Part shown: positions 44,983 through 55,145 of the stretch, piece by piece
Layout: each line of letters begins with the position of its first letter
Position numbering within the stretch: the stretch's first letter is position 1
Source of the DNA: Armatimonadota bacterium
GTDB taxonomy: Bacteria > Armatimonadota > SYMT01
Assembly: GCA_041690135.1 (NCBI GenBank)
Contig: JAWLHY010000001.1
Location: 1,280,001 to 1,344,000 of the forward strand
Length of the DNA stretch: 64,000 nt
Reading direction: 5' to 3'
Made by a program: the position numbers and the translations under genes
The notes under the pieces: model-generated
Told to the model about the DNA's origin: nothing
The model's database searches: none
Seen by the model: only the letters and a program-made list of their open reading frames with translations

Positions 44983-47217
44983 TTGTCCACCAGGTCTAGC
45001 CGCAAGAAAAAGTTAACCCGCGCGCAGGTGGTGTGGAGACGCTGGGTAGACTGGCGTAAGATCCTGATCGCCGTCTGCACGGGCATCTTTATTGCCGCTC
45101 TCCTCACCGTTCGCCTGCTTCCCGATAAGGTGGCGGTAAAGCCCGGGGACGCGGCTCCTGGAGATGTGTTCGCCGGTCGCTACGTCCGTTATCCGGACCA
45201 CGTCCGTACGGAGCACCTTCGCGACCTTGTGGCGAAACAGGTTCCCCGGGTCTACCATCCCGTGGCCAACGCCGACTCCGAGTCCCGCGGCGAGATTCGC
45301 GCGTTCTTTGAGGCGGCCGCGCAACTCCGTGACGAGAAGCCTGTCCCACCGAAGGAGCAGCAGCTCCAGCGGCTATCCAAAGCAGCGCCAAACCTCGCCC
45401 CCGAGCATCTGGAGATCGCGCTCCGCCTCCGCGGACCTCAGTTGAGAGCGGCGGAACAGAGCGCTCTCCGCTTGGCGGCCGACGTGATGCGGCGTCCGAT
45501 CTCGCCCGAGAACCTGGAAGATGAGCGGGCCTGGGTGCGGAGTCGCACCTCGGATGCAAACCTCACGCCCGAGGCAAATACCCTGGTCCGGGAAATCGTG
45601 GCCGTCAATTTGCTCGCCAACCAGCATTACAACGAGCAGGAGACGGAAGCGGCCCGCCGGCGGGAGCGTGAGCGGGTGGCCACCCAATATGAAACGATCC
45701 GCCGTGGCGATCTGATCCTCCGGAAGGGCGATACGGTCACCGAGGAGCACATGTCCAAGCTCCGTGCCCTCGGCCTCGTGCGGGAACAGATCGATGTCTG
45801 GACCGCCGTTAGCCTAATCCTCCTGGCTTTCGGTCTGGTCGCGGTCTTCTGTCTCTACCTCTACCAGTTCCACCCACGGATCCTGCGCAGCGTCAACGAA
45901 CTACTGCTCATCTCGGTTGTGGTTTGCGGCTGTTTGTTGCTGTACCGCCTGGGCAGCACCGCGTTGGGGCTGCGATTTTCCGGTGAACAGCTCGGCTTCA
46001 TCGGCATGGTCTGCTCCGCCCTGGGGGCGATGCTCATCGCCTCTCTGTTGTGCCCGCAGATCGCGGTTTTCGTCGGGGTGGCCCTGGCGCTGCTGACCTC
46101 CGTGCAGGTTGGCGCCGAGTTGAAGTTCGCGATCCTCTCGATCGTGAGTAGCCTGGTGGGAGTGCAGGCGGTCAGCACGATCCGCAACCGGGACGGCATT
46201 CTGCGCGCCTGTTTCACCGTCTCGGCCGTAAATGCGGTTACGGCGTTGGTGGCGCACGGGGCAACGGAAGCGACGTTGCCCAACGAGCTGTCGCAGTTGG
46301 GGCAGAACGCCGTTTGGGCCACCGGCGGCGGCTTCATGTCGGTGATGCTTTTTGTGCTCTTTGCTGCGTGGCTGGAGCGCCCCTTCCGGCTGACCACCCA
46401 TCTCACTCTCCTGGAGCTCTCCGATCCCAGCCATCCGCTCCTTCGCCGGTTGCAAATGGAGGCGCCCGGCACGTATCACCACAGCATCATCGTGGGGAAC
46501 CTGTCCGAGGCCGCCGCGGAAGCGATCGGTGCCGATGCACTCTTCTGTCGGGTCTCCTCGCTTTATCACGACGTGGGGAAGGTAGTGCGGCCGCACTTCT
46601 TCGTGGAGAACCAGTCGTCCGAGAACCTGCACGACAACATCAATCCTTCCCTCTCCTCGCTGATCGTCACATCGCACGTGAAGGATGGCGTGGAACTGGC
46701 GGAGGAGCATCGTCTGCCGCCGCCCCTCATCGCCATCATCCGCGAGCATCACGGCACCTGCCTCATCAAGTACTTCTACCACCGGGCCGTTACCACGGGC
46801 GAAGAGGCCTCGCCTGCGCTGGAGTTCCAGTTCCGCTACGAGGGCCCTCGCCCGCAAACCAAGGAATCCGGAATCATCATGGTGGCCGACGCGGTAGAGG
46901 CGGCCTCCCGGACGTTGGATAAGCCCACCCCAGGTAGGATTCGTGATCTGATCGAACGGATCGTGCGCGACCGTTTGACCGACGGGCAGTTCGACGAGTG
47001 TGAGCTGACCTTTAAGGATCTGGAAAAGGTCATCACCTCCATGACCCGATCACTCACTAGCCTGCTCCACGCGCGGGTAGAATATCCTGTAGGGGATACA
47101 TCGGAGATGAGGAGACTGGCGGCGGATGGAGCTGCAGGTAAAGAATCTATGGGGAAGGCGCTATCCGATACCCCGGAAGCAGCTCCTGGACCTTACAGCC
47201 GCCCTGTTGGACGCTGA
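44983..47217 (+). CDS. 7TM-HD phosphohydrolase (PgpH-like c-di-AMP phosphodiesterase)
   Basis: Extracellular domain plus 7 TM plus [47 protein letters not shown]. Confidence 0.92.
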   Translation: MSTRSSRKKKLTRAQVVWRRWVDWRKILIAVCTGIFIAALLTVRLLPDKVAVKPGDAAPGDVFAGRYVRYPDHVRTEHLRDLVAKQVPRVYHPVANADSESRGEIRAFFEAAAQLRDEKPVPPKEQQLQRLSKAAPNLAPEHLEIALRLRGPQLRAAEQSALRLAADVMRRPISPENLEDERAWVRSRTSDANLTPEANTLVREIVAVNLLANQHYNEQETEAARRRERERVATQYETIRRGDLILRKGDTVTEEHMSKLRALGLVREQIDVWTAVSLILLAFGLVAVFCLYLYQFHPRILRSVNELLLISVVVCGCLLLYRLGSTALGLRFSGEQLGFIGMVCSALGAMLIASLLCPQIAVFVGVALALLTSVQVGAELKFAILSIVSSLVGVQAVSTIRNRDGILRACFTVSAVNAVTALVAHGATEATLPNELSQLGQNAVWATGGGFMSVMLFVLFAAWLERPFRLTTHLTLLELSDPSHPLLRRLQMEAPGTYHHSIIVGNLSEAAAEAIGADALFCRVSSLYHDVGKVVRPHFFVENQSSENLHDNINPSLSSLIVTSHVKDGVELAEEHRLPPPLIAIIREHHGTCLIKYFYHRAVTTGEEASPALEFQFRYEGPRPQTKESGIIMVADAVEAASRTLDKPTPGRIRDLIERIVRDRLTDGQFDECELTFKDLEKVITSMTRSLTSLLHARVEYPVGDTSEMRRLAADGAAGKESMGKALSDTPEAAPGPYSRPVGR

Positions 47218-47578
47218 AGGGATTCCCAACCGGGGCGCGGAGGTGTCGGTGGTCTTCTGCGACGACGCCTTCATCCATACGCTCAACCGGGACTATCGCG
47301 GCTTCGATAAGCCTACTGACGTCTTGAGTTTTCCCCAGGATGTGGAAGCCGGCGTGCTGGGAGATGTGGTGATTTCAGTTCCCACCGCCGCCCGCCAGGC
47401 GGAAGCGCAGGGGCATGCGTTGGAGCGAGAAGTCGAATGGCTGTACGTCCACGGCCTGCTGCACCTCGTGGGCTACGATGATTCGACCGATGAAGAAGCC
47501 GAAGAGATGAACCGTCGCGCTCGGATCGTTCTGGAACGACTGGCTGCACTGCAGAGCGGCCAGACTGTCGAGCAGTAG
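47126..47578 (+). CDS. ybeY: rRNA maturation RNase YbeY
   Basis: [35 protein letters not shown]. Confidence 0.95.
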   Translation: MELQVKNLWGRRYPIPRKQLLDLTAALLDAEGIPNRGAEVSVVFCDDAFIHTLNRDYRGFDKPTDVLSFPQDVEAGVLGDVVISVPTAARQAEAQGHALEREVEWLYVHGLLHLVGYDDSTDEEAEEMNRRARIVLERLAALQSGQTVEQ

Positions 47579-47580
47579 TC

Positions 47581-48342
47581 GTGCTGCGCTCAAAGAGCCC
47601 CATCGATAGTTTCGGTCACGCCCTGAACGGGGTGCTGCTGAGTTTTCGCACGCAGCGGCACCTGCGTATCCATTTCGTGCTGGCGGTGCTCGTCCTGGTG
47701 GCGGGCTTCCTCTGGAACCTGACGCGGGCGGAGCTCCTCATTCTCACCTTTGCCATTGCGCTGGTGATCATGGCGGAGTTGTTCAACACGGCAGTGGAGA
47801 CGGTCGTCGACCTGATTACCACGGACTACCATCCTCTCGCCAAAGTCGCCAAGGATGTGGCGGCGGGCGCGGTGCTGGTCACCGCCGTCAACGCCGCTCT
47901 CTGTGGAGTGCTCCTGTTTCTTGATGTGGAAGCGCTCCGGAAGCGTCTGCACTATCCCCCGGAAGAGGGGAACCCGGTGCAGGTCTTCGCCGTCGGTTTC
48001 GTGCTCCTACTCATTCTTCTCGTCATCTGGAAGGTAAAGGGAGGCCGCGGGACTTTTCTCCACGGTGGGGTGGTGAGCGGGCATTCCGCCATCGCGTTCT
48101 TCCTTTGTACGATCATACTGCTGCTCACGCAGCATCCCCTGGTCGCATTCGTCGCGATCTTGCTTGCCTTGCTGGTGTCCCAGAGCCGGGTGGAAGCCGG
48201 CGTACACTCCGTCCGGGAAGTGCTCTTCGGTGCGCTGCTGGGAATGCTCATTCCCGTGCTCCTGTACCGGATGATCCCTGCTGTGATCCAACAGTTCTCC
48301 GGACGGCTCCTGGGAGCCGGGAATTGGATCCATGGACCCTGA
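47581..48342 (+). CDS. dgkA: Diacylglycerol/undecaprenol kinase fused to a PAP2 domain
   Basis: ELFNTAVETVVDL, AKVAKDVAAGAVL; C-terminal SGHSAIAF, SRVEAGVHS. Confidence 0.88.
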   Translation: MLRSKSPIDSFGHALNGVLLSFRTQRHLRIHFVLAVLVLVAGFLWNLTRAELLILTFAIALVIMAELFNTAVETVVDLITTDYHPLAKVAKDVAAGAVLVTAVNAALCGVLLFLDVEALRKRLHYPPEEGNPVQVFAVGFVLLLILLVIWKVKGGRGTFLHGGVVSGHSAIAFFLCTIILLLTQHPLVAFVAILLALLVSQSRVEAGVHSVREVLFGALLGMLIPVLLYRMIPAVIQQFSGRLLGAGNWIHGP

Positions 48343-49708
48343 CCCCTGGTTATACTCGGCAGTCGTTCTCGTCATTCTCCTGCTGCTCGCCCTGGCGCTC
48401 CTTTCGAGCCTGGAGACCGCTGTGCTCTCTGCCCGGCGTTCGCGTTTGGCTCACCTGCAACCTTCTCCCGCCGTGCAACGCGCGGAAGCAGTCCTGGAGG
48501 ACCCGAACCAGTTCCAGAGCAGCGCGCACCTCGCCAAGTCGTTCTGCGAGGCTGCCATTTATCCGGCTGCCGCCATTGCCGGCCTCGACCTGGCTCTCCG
48601 CGTGGCGGGCCCACAGGCTGTCGCTTCGGGGCCCTTCAGCCTTCTCACCCTCGCCTGGCCGGGACTGCTGCTGGGTCCCCTGCTGGCCTACTTTTGCGTG
48701 GTCCTGTTGGGTGAGGTGCTGCCCAAGGCGGTGGCAACGCGGCATCCGGAGCAAACGCTGCTCCGCTGGTCCGGTTTCATCCGCACTTTCACGCTGGCTT
48801 TCACCCCCTTTCACTGGCTGGCCCGCCAGGCCGCCCAGGCCCTGACGCTTCCGATTGGGGTAGCACCCCACCTGGCAACGCGCGCCGCCCATTCGGAAGA
48901 GGAGATCAAGCTACTGGTGGAGGACAGCGCCGAGGAAGGCGTGCTCGAAGAGGACGAGAAGGAGATGATCCAGTCGATCTTCGAGTTTACCGACACCATT
49001 GCGCGCCAGATCATGGTGCCCCGGATCGACATTCACAGCGCCCGCGAGGAGGCCTCCCTCGACGAGTTGGTGGGTGTTGCGCTGGAAAGCGGCCATTCGC
49101 GAATTCCCGTCTATCGCGACACGCTCGACCGTGTCGTGGGCATCGTCCATGTCAAAGACCTGTTGCCTTACCTGGTGAAAGGCAAACTCAACACGCCGAT
49201 CCGTACCCTGATGCGCGAACCGTTCTTCGTGCCGGAAGGCAAGAAGATCGATGAGCTGCTCCAGGAGTTCCGCTCCCACAAGAGCCAGCTGGCCATCGTG
49301 GTGGATGAGTACGGCGGGACCAGCGGATTGGTGACCATTGAAGACGTGCTGGAAGAGATCGTCGGCGAGATCGAGGACGAATACGATGTCGAAGAGCAAC
49401 CGGGTGCTGAAGTTCTCGCGGCCGGCGAAGGGGCGTTGATTGATGCCCGGATGTCCGTAGACGACGTTAACGAGTCGCTCGGTTTCGACCTGCCCCAGGG
49501 CGACTACGATACCCTCGGCGGCTTCGTGTTCAGCCTGTTTGGTCGCCCGCCTTCGGTAGGGGATGCCGTGAGCCACAACGGATACGAGTTCGTGGTGGAA
49601 GCCACGGAGGGCCTCCGCATCCTCAAGGTTCGGGTGCTTCTGCACCCGAATGAAGACGAGCCGGCCGCTCCCGATGCCGCATCCTTTTCCGTTTCCGAGC
49701 CCTCCTGA
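48332..49708 (+). CDS. Hemolysin-family CNNM/CBS/CorC protein
   Basis: GEVLPK, IMVPR, HSRIPVY, VVDEYGGTSGLVTIEDVLEEIVGEIEDEYD, YDTLGG. Confidence 0.93.
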   Translation: MDPDPWLYSAVVLVILLLLALALLSSLETAVLSARRSRLAHLQPSPAVQRAEAVLEDPNQFQSSAHLAKSFCEAAIYPAAAIAGLDLALRVAGPQAVASGPFSLLTLAWPGLLLGPLLAYFCVVLLGEVLPKAVATRHPEQTLLRWSGFIRTFTLAFTPFHWLARQAAQALTLPIGVAPHLATRAAHSEEEIKLLVEDSAEEGVLEEDEKEMIQSIFEFTDTIARQIMVPRIDIHSAREEASLDELVGVALESGHSRIPVYRDTLDRVVGIVHVKDLLPYLVKGKLNTPIRTLMREPFFVPEGKKIDELLQEFRSHKSQLAIVVDEYGGTSGLVTIEDVLEEIVGEIEDEYDVEEQPGAEVLAAGEGALIDARMSVDDVNESLGFDLPQGDYDTLGGFVFSLFGRPPSVGDAVSHNGYEFVVEATEGLRILKVRVLLHPNEDEPAAPDAASFSVSEPS

Positions 49709-49786
49709 AGTCCGGAAGGGCTCGCTCACAGGGGGGATGAGCCGCAGTAAATGCCCGCGCGCCCTGGGAACTGCTGCCTTCAGCCC

Positions 49787-49826
49787 GCGTGCTACGTCCG
49801 GCTGCTACCAGCCGGACGTAGCACGC
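49787..49826. repeat. Perfect 18-bp inverted repeat (hairpin)
   Basis: GCGTGCTACGTCCGGCTG-CTAC-CAGCCGGACGTAGCACGC. Confidence 0.85.
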
Positions 49827-49829
49827 CTC

Positions 49830-49965
49830 GGCTTGTAGTAGCCGGGCTTTAGCCCACGTGTTCGCGAGCCTGATCACGGCGCCTGCTTGGAACAACAACC
49901 ACATTCCATGTTTACGGTTCCCCCAGGCTTGTAGTAGCCGGGCTTCAGCCCGCGTGTTCGCGAGC
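49830..49965 (+). repeat. Two direct copies of a 40-bp GTAG-type REP-like element
   Basis: GGCTTGTAGTAGCCGGGCTT(T/C)AGCCC(A/G)CGTGTTCGCGAGC at 49830-49869 and 49926-49965; GGGC-TTYA-GCCC hairpin after GTAG. Confidence 0.8.
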
Positions 49966-50138
49966 TTGGCGATGGAGCCTGTTGTGGGGCAAGTAACCCC
50001 GTCCGTGTGTACGGTTCCCCGGGTCAGGGGCGCCAAAGGGCCTGGTCGTGGACACAGACAGCGCAAGAGCGTCTTGTGACCAGCCTGACCATCCGCATCT
50101 GTGGCGTTGAAGCGCTTCCCCTTTAGGGTTGTGCAGAA

Positions 50139-50176
50139 GAAAGGGGTGGTGCAACATCTGTTGCGCCACCCCTTTC
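50139..50176 (-). terminator. Intrinsic terminator of the SBBP gene
   Basis: GAAAGGGGTGG.GCAACA/TGTTGC.CCACCCCTTTC; T-rich tail on the minus strand. Confidence 0.7.
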
Positions 50177-50208
50177 AGGCGTTCAGCTAATTCGCGCCGG
50201 TCGGCTTC

Positions 50209-52803
50209 CTAGAGCGGGATAAAGCCCCGGCCCGAGAGGTTGACCTTCACGGATGATCGCTTCTTGTCGCTGCACTCGATGATCATCGTGTGGTTCATCG
50301 GCCCGATTACGTCCGGCTTGAACTGGATTGTGACCCACTGATAAGAACGCGGAGGCATGATGTAGCTGCCGCCGCCGTCCGCAACCGTGAACGGCGGCGG
50401 ACAGGGCTGGATCTTCACCGCCAGCGGCGTCTTGGCGACGTTCATAATCCGGATGCGCTTGCTGATGACGAAGCCAACGGGTGTCTTCGGGAAGACCAGC
50501 TTCTTGCCGACCTTGATCGTGCCGCTGGCCACGATCGGGGCCTCGTCCGTAACCTTCACCAGGAAGGCGTCGCTGACACCCCCACCGTAACCCGGTTGGA
50601 TGGTGCCACTGGTGCCGGGGAACGTTGCGCCAAGCGTGGTTCCCGCGATGTATACGTCACCCTCGCCGTTGACGGCAATGGCGTTGCCGTAGTCCTGATC
50701 GTTGCTGCCGAAGTAACCCGAATAGATCAGGTTGCTCGCGGTGCTGTCCAGCTTCGTGACGAAGGCGTCGAAGAGACCGCCGAAGTGCTTCTGCATCGCC
50801 CGCGTGGTGGGGAAGTTCACCGAGCTGGTGTATCCCGTTACGTAGGCAATACCATTCGGCCCCACTGCGATCGCCTGTCCGAAGTCGTCGCCGCTGCCCC
50901 CCAGGTAGGTGGAGTACACCAACTGGAAGCCGGCCGCATCGATTTTGGTGACGAAGGCGTCAGCCTTTCCGTACGGCGTTCCCCGGTAGGGCCGCGGCTC
51001 CTTCTTGCTGATCGGGAAGTTGTTCGACTTGGTGTACCCGGTTACGTACGCGTTGCCGACCTCATCCGCTGCCACATCCAGAGCTTTGTCGTCGTTAACG
51101 CCGCCCAGGTAGGTGGACCAGACGAACTTCTGGCCGCTCGGCACCATCTTTGCGACCCAGCCGTCGCTGTGGTCGGGACGCTTGCTCCGGTTGACCCGCT
51201 GTAGATTGTTGAACACCGGGAAGGTGTACTTTGAGTTCGTGCCGCCGCAGATGTAGACGAAACCCTGCGAGTCGACGTCGATCCCGTAACCAACGTCAGT
51301 GCCCTCGCCGAAGTCGGTATTTCCACCGTAATTCTCCGGTCCACCTCCCAGGAAGGTGGAGAAGGAGATCTGTCCGAGGACATCGAGTCCCGTGACAAAT
51401 GCGTCCGTTGGGCCGCCGCCGTAAAGACCCTGAATCGGGCTCACGGTCCAGAACTCACCTCCGGTGGTGCTACCGGTGATGTAGGCATTGCCGGCCGGAT
51501 CTACCGCGATGGCGTATGCGATGTCTTCCTGCGGAATCACCTTCGGCGGCGCGTAGTTGCCCACGTAGGTGGAGTAGAAGATCCCGGACCCATCGACCGT
51601 AAGACGGGTGACGAAGGCATCGGCCGCACCCCCGCCGTAGATCGGCTGAGCCGGCTCGGTACCGGGCGGGCTGGCGATCGGGAAATCTTGCGAATTGGTA
51701 GCCCCACACACGTAAGGGCGACCCGCCATGTCGACCGCTACGTCATTGCCGTAGTCCTGGCCCGTGCCGCCAATGTAGGTCGAGTAAACGAGTTCCGTGC
51801 CTTCTTCGTTGATCTTGCAGACGTAGGCGTCCGTCAGGCCCGCGTTGTTCGTCTGGAAGGCCCCTGCGGTCGTCGGAAAGTCAACGGAGTCCGTGGACCC
51901 GGAGACGTAGACAAACCCTTCCGGATCCAGTGCCAGGCCATTCCCCTGATCCAGTCCGGACCCGCCCAGGTAGGTCCCCCAGAGGAGGACCGGGTCAATC
52001 ACGAGAGGCTTGGACTTATCGTATTCAGCGATCTGGAAACCGACTTTGCCGTTATCAGCCAGGGTGTAAGCCGAGTCGATGTGAAGGCGCGCCCCTTCGA
52101 TTTCCTGGTAGACCAGCGGCTTCTGCAGTCCGAGCGAGCCGGAAGGGGTCTCTACCGAGAGATTGCCGCTGCCATCGACCGACACGGACTTGGCACCGGC
52201 GAACTCGAGTTGGACCTGGTTGGGATCGGCTCCCGGTGCAACTACGAAGTCATGCTCCAACTGGCGCTGATTGCCGTAGTACACCACATCCACGCCTTGA
52301 TAGACGTCCTCGAACCGCACGCGCTCGAAGTGGGGCACGTTGCGAATCCAACTGGAGTCGTTGCGTCCGCGCAGGTAGTGGCTTACTCCGCGCTGACGCC
52401 GCTCCGCCCGGCCCTTAGCGGATGGGTCCGCTCCCACCAGGCGCATCGTTACCGAGGCGCGTTCCGGCTCCGTTAACAGGCCCGCGCGACCATTTACCCG
52501 CTCGGTGAGCTTCCCTTCCCGTTGCCGGCGAAGTTTGATCTCGGCTTCTGCGGGGCGCAGGAGTACGTTGTACCCGTTGCCGCGGGCGAGGAATTTCACC
52601 CGGGTATCGGTCTGTCCGTGGTTCGCCTCAAAGCTAAGGGGCAGCCGGGAGTACGCCCGGGCGATGTCCTGTAGAGGCGCTTGGCCTTTCGGCTCTATTA
52701 CGGGGTTGGTGCCAGCCGCCCCGGCGCCCAGGAGAGCCATGGCCGCCACCATCGTACCACCGAGCCAGCGCGGCATGTTCTTGTTCATCCTCGTGCTACT
52801 CAT
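50209..52803 (-). CDS. Secreted SBBP beta-propeller repeat protein with C-terminal Ig-like (ASH/choice-of-anchor D-like) domain
   Basis: LPLSFEANHGQ, YGNQRQLEHDFVVAPGADP, YDKSKPLVIDP, repeated YSTYLGGSGxD/AVDxxGNAYVTG; exact start uncertain. Confidence 0.9.
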   Translation of the reverse strand: MSSTRMNKNMPRWLGGTMVAAMALLGAGAAGTNPVIEPKGQAPLQDIARAYSRLPLSFEANHGQTDTRVKFLARGNGYNVLLRPAEAEIKLRRQREGKLTERVNGRAGLLTEPERASVTMRLVGADPSAKGRAERRQRGVSHYLRGRNDSSWIRNVPHFERVRFEDVYQGVDVVYYGNQRQLEHDFVVAPGADPNQVQLEFAGAKSVSVDGSGNLSVETPSGSLGLQKPLVYQEIEGARLHIDSAYTLADNGKVGFQIAEYDKSKPLVIDPVLLWGTYLGGSGLDQGNGLALDPEGFVYVSGSTDSVDFPTTAGAFQTNNAGLTDAYVCKINEEGTELVYSTYIGGTGQDYGNDVAVDMAGRPYVCGATNSQDFPIASPPGTEPAQPIYGGGAADAFVTRLTVDGSGIFYSTYVGNYAPPKVIPQEDIAYAIAVDPAGNAYITGSTTGGEFWTVSPIQGLYGGGPTDAFVTGLDVLGQISFSTFLGGGPENYGGNTDFGEGTDVGYGIDVDSQGFVYICGGTNSKYTFPVFNNLQRVNRSKRPDHSDGWVAKMVPSGQKFVWSTYLGGVNDDKALDVAADEVGNAYVTGYTKSNNFPISKKEPRPYRGTPYGKADAFVTKIDAAGFQLVYSTYLGGSGDDFGQAIAVGPNGIAYVTGYTSSVNFPTTRAMQKHFGGLFDAFVTKLDSTASNLIYSGYFGSNDQDYGNAIAVNGEGDVYIAGTTLGATFPGTSGTIQPGYGGGVSDAFLVKVTDEAPIVASGTIKVGKKLVFPKTPVGFVISKRIRIMNVAKTPLAVKIQPCPPPFTVADGGGSYIMPPRSYQWVTIQFKPDVIGPMNHTMIIECSDKKRSSVKVNLSGRGFIPL

Positions 52804-53001
52804 CCTGATCAGCCATCCTCTGCGCCGCGCGACGACCGGAGCGGACTCCAACGAGCCGGTCCGCTTCCTCACTGGCCTCTGCCGCGCCGCTGCCTACAGC
52901 CAACAGCTTGATTGCTGTCGCAGCGCCTAAATGACCTCTTATCACTTTATTAATCGGTCAGTCCCTTTCCTGCTTAGGAACCGTTTTCTCTTGTTTTTCG
53001 C

Positions 53002-53913
53002 TTACGCGTCCGCCACCAGTGTGTTCCGAAGCACACCGATGTTCTCGATCTCCACCTCCACGGTGTCGCCCGGCTGGAGAAAACTCCCCCGTGCGCTTCC
53101 CACCCCACCGGGAGTTCCCGTGGAAATCAGGTCTCCCGGCTCCAGGGTAACGACACGGCTGATGAACGCGACGATCTCCGGGACAGTGAAGATCATGTCT
53201 CCGGTGCTGGCACTCTGACGGATCTCGCCGTTCACCCTTGTTCGCAGCGCGAGGGCGTGCGGGTCCTCGATTTCGTCGCGGGTTACCAACCACGGTCCGC
53301 AAGGGGCACTGGTATCGAACCACTTCCCCACTAGCCAGTCGAAGAATTTGTCTCGCTCCCGGTCCACCCGCGGAGGCTCCTTGGAAGCCAGGCTGCGCTC
53401 CGAGATGTCGTTCAGGACCGTATAACCCGCCACGTACCGGTATGCCTGCTCGACGGGGATCTCTTTGCCGCGCTGACCGATGACGATGACGAACTCCCCT
53501 TCGTAGTCCAGCTTTCGGCCGATCTTCGGGTAGCGGATCTCCTCATGGGCGCCGATCAGCGTGGTGCTGGGCGGCTTCATAAAGAAATAGGGGTAAGTCA
53601 AGTCCTTCTCGTGGGTGGGCCGTCCCCCCTCTCGCACGTGCTCCTGATAGTTTCCGGCGAGGGCCAGCAGTTTTCGTGCCTGCGGTACCGGTGGCTTCAA
53701 CTCAACGGTGCTGAGCGGCCGGAGTTGCCCGGCCAGCGATTCTCCTCGTTCGGCGCGTTCCACCGCCGACATCACGGCGGACATTCCTAACTCCCCGGCT
53801 TCCAGGAATGCGAGGGCGGTCGGGTAGACGTTGGTGAGATCGAGAACCCTTTCTCCGGAGAGAAGGGCGCCGAGTCGCAATTGGCCGTCAATAGAAAAAG
53901 AGAGTACGCGCAT
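53002..53913 (-). CDS. Fumarylacetoacetate hydrolase family protein
   Basis: GNYQEH, LDYEGE, GYTVLNDISER, GKWFDTSAPCGPW, LEPGDLISTGTPGGVG. Confidence 0.93.
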   Translation of the reverse strand: MRVLSFSIDGQLRLGALLSGERVLDLTNVYPTALAFLEAGELGMSAVMSAVERAERGESLAGQLRPLSTVELKPPVPQARKLLALAGNYQEHVREGGRPTHEKDLTYPYFFMKPPSTTLIGAHEEIRYPKIGRKLDYEGEFVIVIGQRGKEIPVEQAYRYVAGYTVLNDISERSLASKEPPRVDRERDKFFDWLVGKWFDTSAPCGPWLVTRDEIEDPHALALRTRVNGEIRQSASTGDMIFTVPEIVAFISRVVTLEPGDLISTGTPGGVGSARGSFLQPGDTVEVEIENIGVLRNTLVADA

Positions 53914-54068
53914 GGAGTTCCCTTTTCAGTCTCAGCGGGTTGGGAACCGGCACTGCCGCTCGCACGACCCACAGTAGATATGCCGGTGCCCTACCAAGCA
54001 TGCATTAAACTTCCGTAGTACGGCCCATCCCGAGATCGGGAGAATCTCTCCTGATTTCCGCAATGGTG

Positions 54069-55145
54069 TCATCCGATCGATGGATTCCAGCCAATTCCAG
54101 GCTGGTCCGCCGACACAAGAAGGCGATCATTTTCCTGGGCGAAGGGTAGCCCCGCCGGTTCAAGACCGATAAGAGCGTGGGAGTCCAGATCCACGAAAGT
54201 GAAGGCGCCCGTGCCACACGCCAGGTGGAGGCCGCCGGCGACTCCGAGGAGGCTCTCCAGCATGCAGCCGATCATCAACTGAAGACCGGCGGCCCGCGCC
54301 ACGGCGACGATTTCAAGGGCTCCCAGAAGACCGGCCTTGGCGACCTTGATGTTGATCCCGTGTGCCGCCCGCTCAGCGGCGAGACGGACGGCCGCGCTGG
54401 CGTCGATCACCGCTTCATCGGCAATCACCGGCACGGAGCTGTCGCGGGTTACCTCTGCCAGTCCTTCCCAGTCCTCGCAGGGAACGGGCTGTTCCAGCAT
54501 TTCGACGGGAACGGAGTGCCGCTCGCACTGCCGAAGGAAGGCGAGGGCCTCAACGGCGGTGAAGGCCTGGTTGGCATCCAACCGGATGGCCGCGGAAGGG
54601 GCGGAGTGCGCTACGGAGAGGACTCGCCGGAGGTCCTCATCGCGATCGGGGCCCCCCACCTTGATTTTTAAGGAGCGATAGCCCCGTTCGGCCGCTGCGC
54701 GAGCCAGGTTTCCGGATTCCTCGACCGTGCTGATGGGGATCGTGATATCGGTGCGCACCTCCGCGACAGCGCCGCCGAAGTAAACCCACAGGGGAACTCC
54801 CCAGGTCTGGGACAGGCCGTCCAACAGGGCCATTTCCACGGCACTGCGTGCTGTCGGGTCGGCGGGCAGGCACTCCAGGAGCATAGCGCCCCAGCGGGAA
54901 ACGCGTCGAAGGTCGGCGCCGGAGAGGGCCTCCGCGGCTCTACTTACCGCCGCCGTTACCGTTTCCGGCGTCTCTCCGGTAACATAGGCGGCGGGGGACG
55001 CTTCTCCCCAGCCGGTAATGCCGTTCGAGAAAGCAGCTTCTACGCGTACGTTTTCGGCCTCCGTCGACCGGCGCTTGGCGCTTTCGAACGGGCTCTTCAT
55101 CGGCAGCACCGTAAGGTGTGCCCGTATCTCCAGGATTTCGACCAT
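54069..55145 (-). CDS. Dipeptide epimerase (L-Ala-D/L-Glu epimerase, enolase superfamily)
   Basis: GWGEASP, KIKVG, RLDANQ, LEQP, ADE, NIKVAK, GCMLES, DLD; ATG 55145 with GGAAGGG SD. Confidence 0.9.
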   Translation of the reverse strand: MVEILEIRAHLTVLPMKSPFESAKRRSTEAENVRVEAAFSNGITGWGEASPAAYVTGETPETVTAAVSRAAEALSGADLRRVSRWGAMLLECLPADPTARSAVEMALLDGLSQTWGVPLWVYFGGAVAEVRTDITIPISTVEESGNLARAAAERGYRSLKIKVGGPDRDEDLRRVLSVAHSAPSAAIRLDANQAFTAVEALAFLRQCERHSVPVEMLEQPVPCEDWEGLAEVTRDSSVPVIADEAVIDASAAVRLAAERAAHGINIKVAKAGLLGALEIVAVARAAGLQLMIGCMLESLLGVAGGLHLACGTGAFTFVDLDSHALIGLEPAGLPFAQENDRLLVSADQPGIGWNPSIG

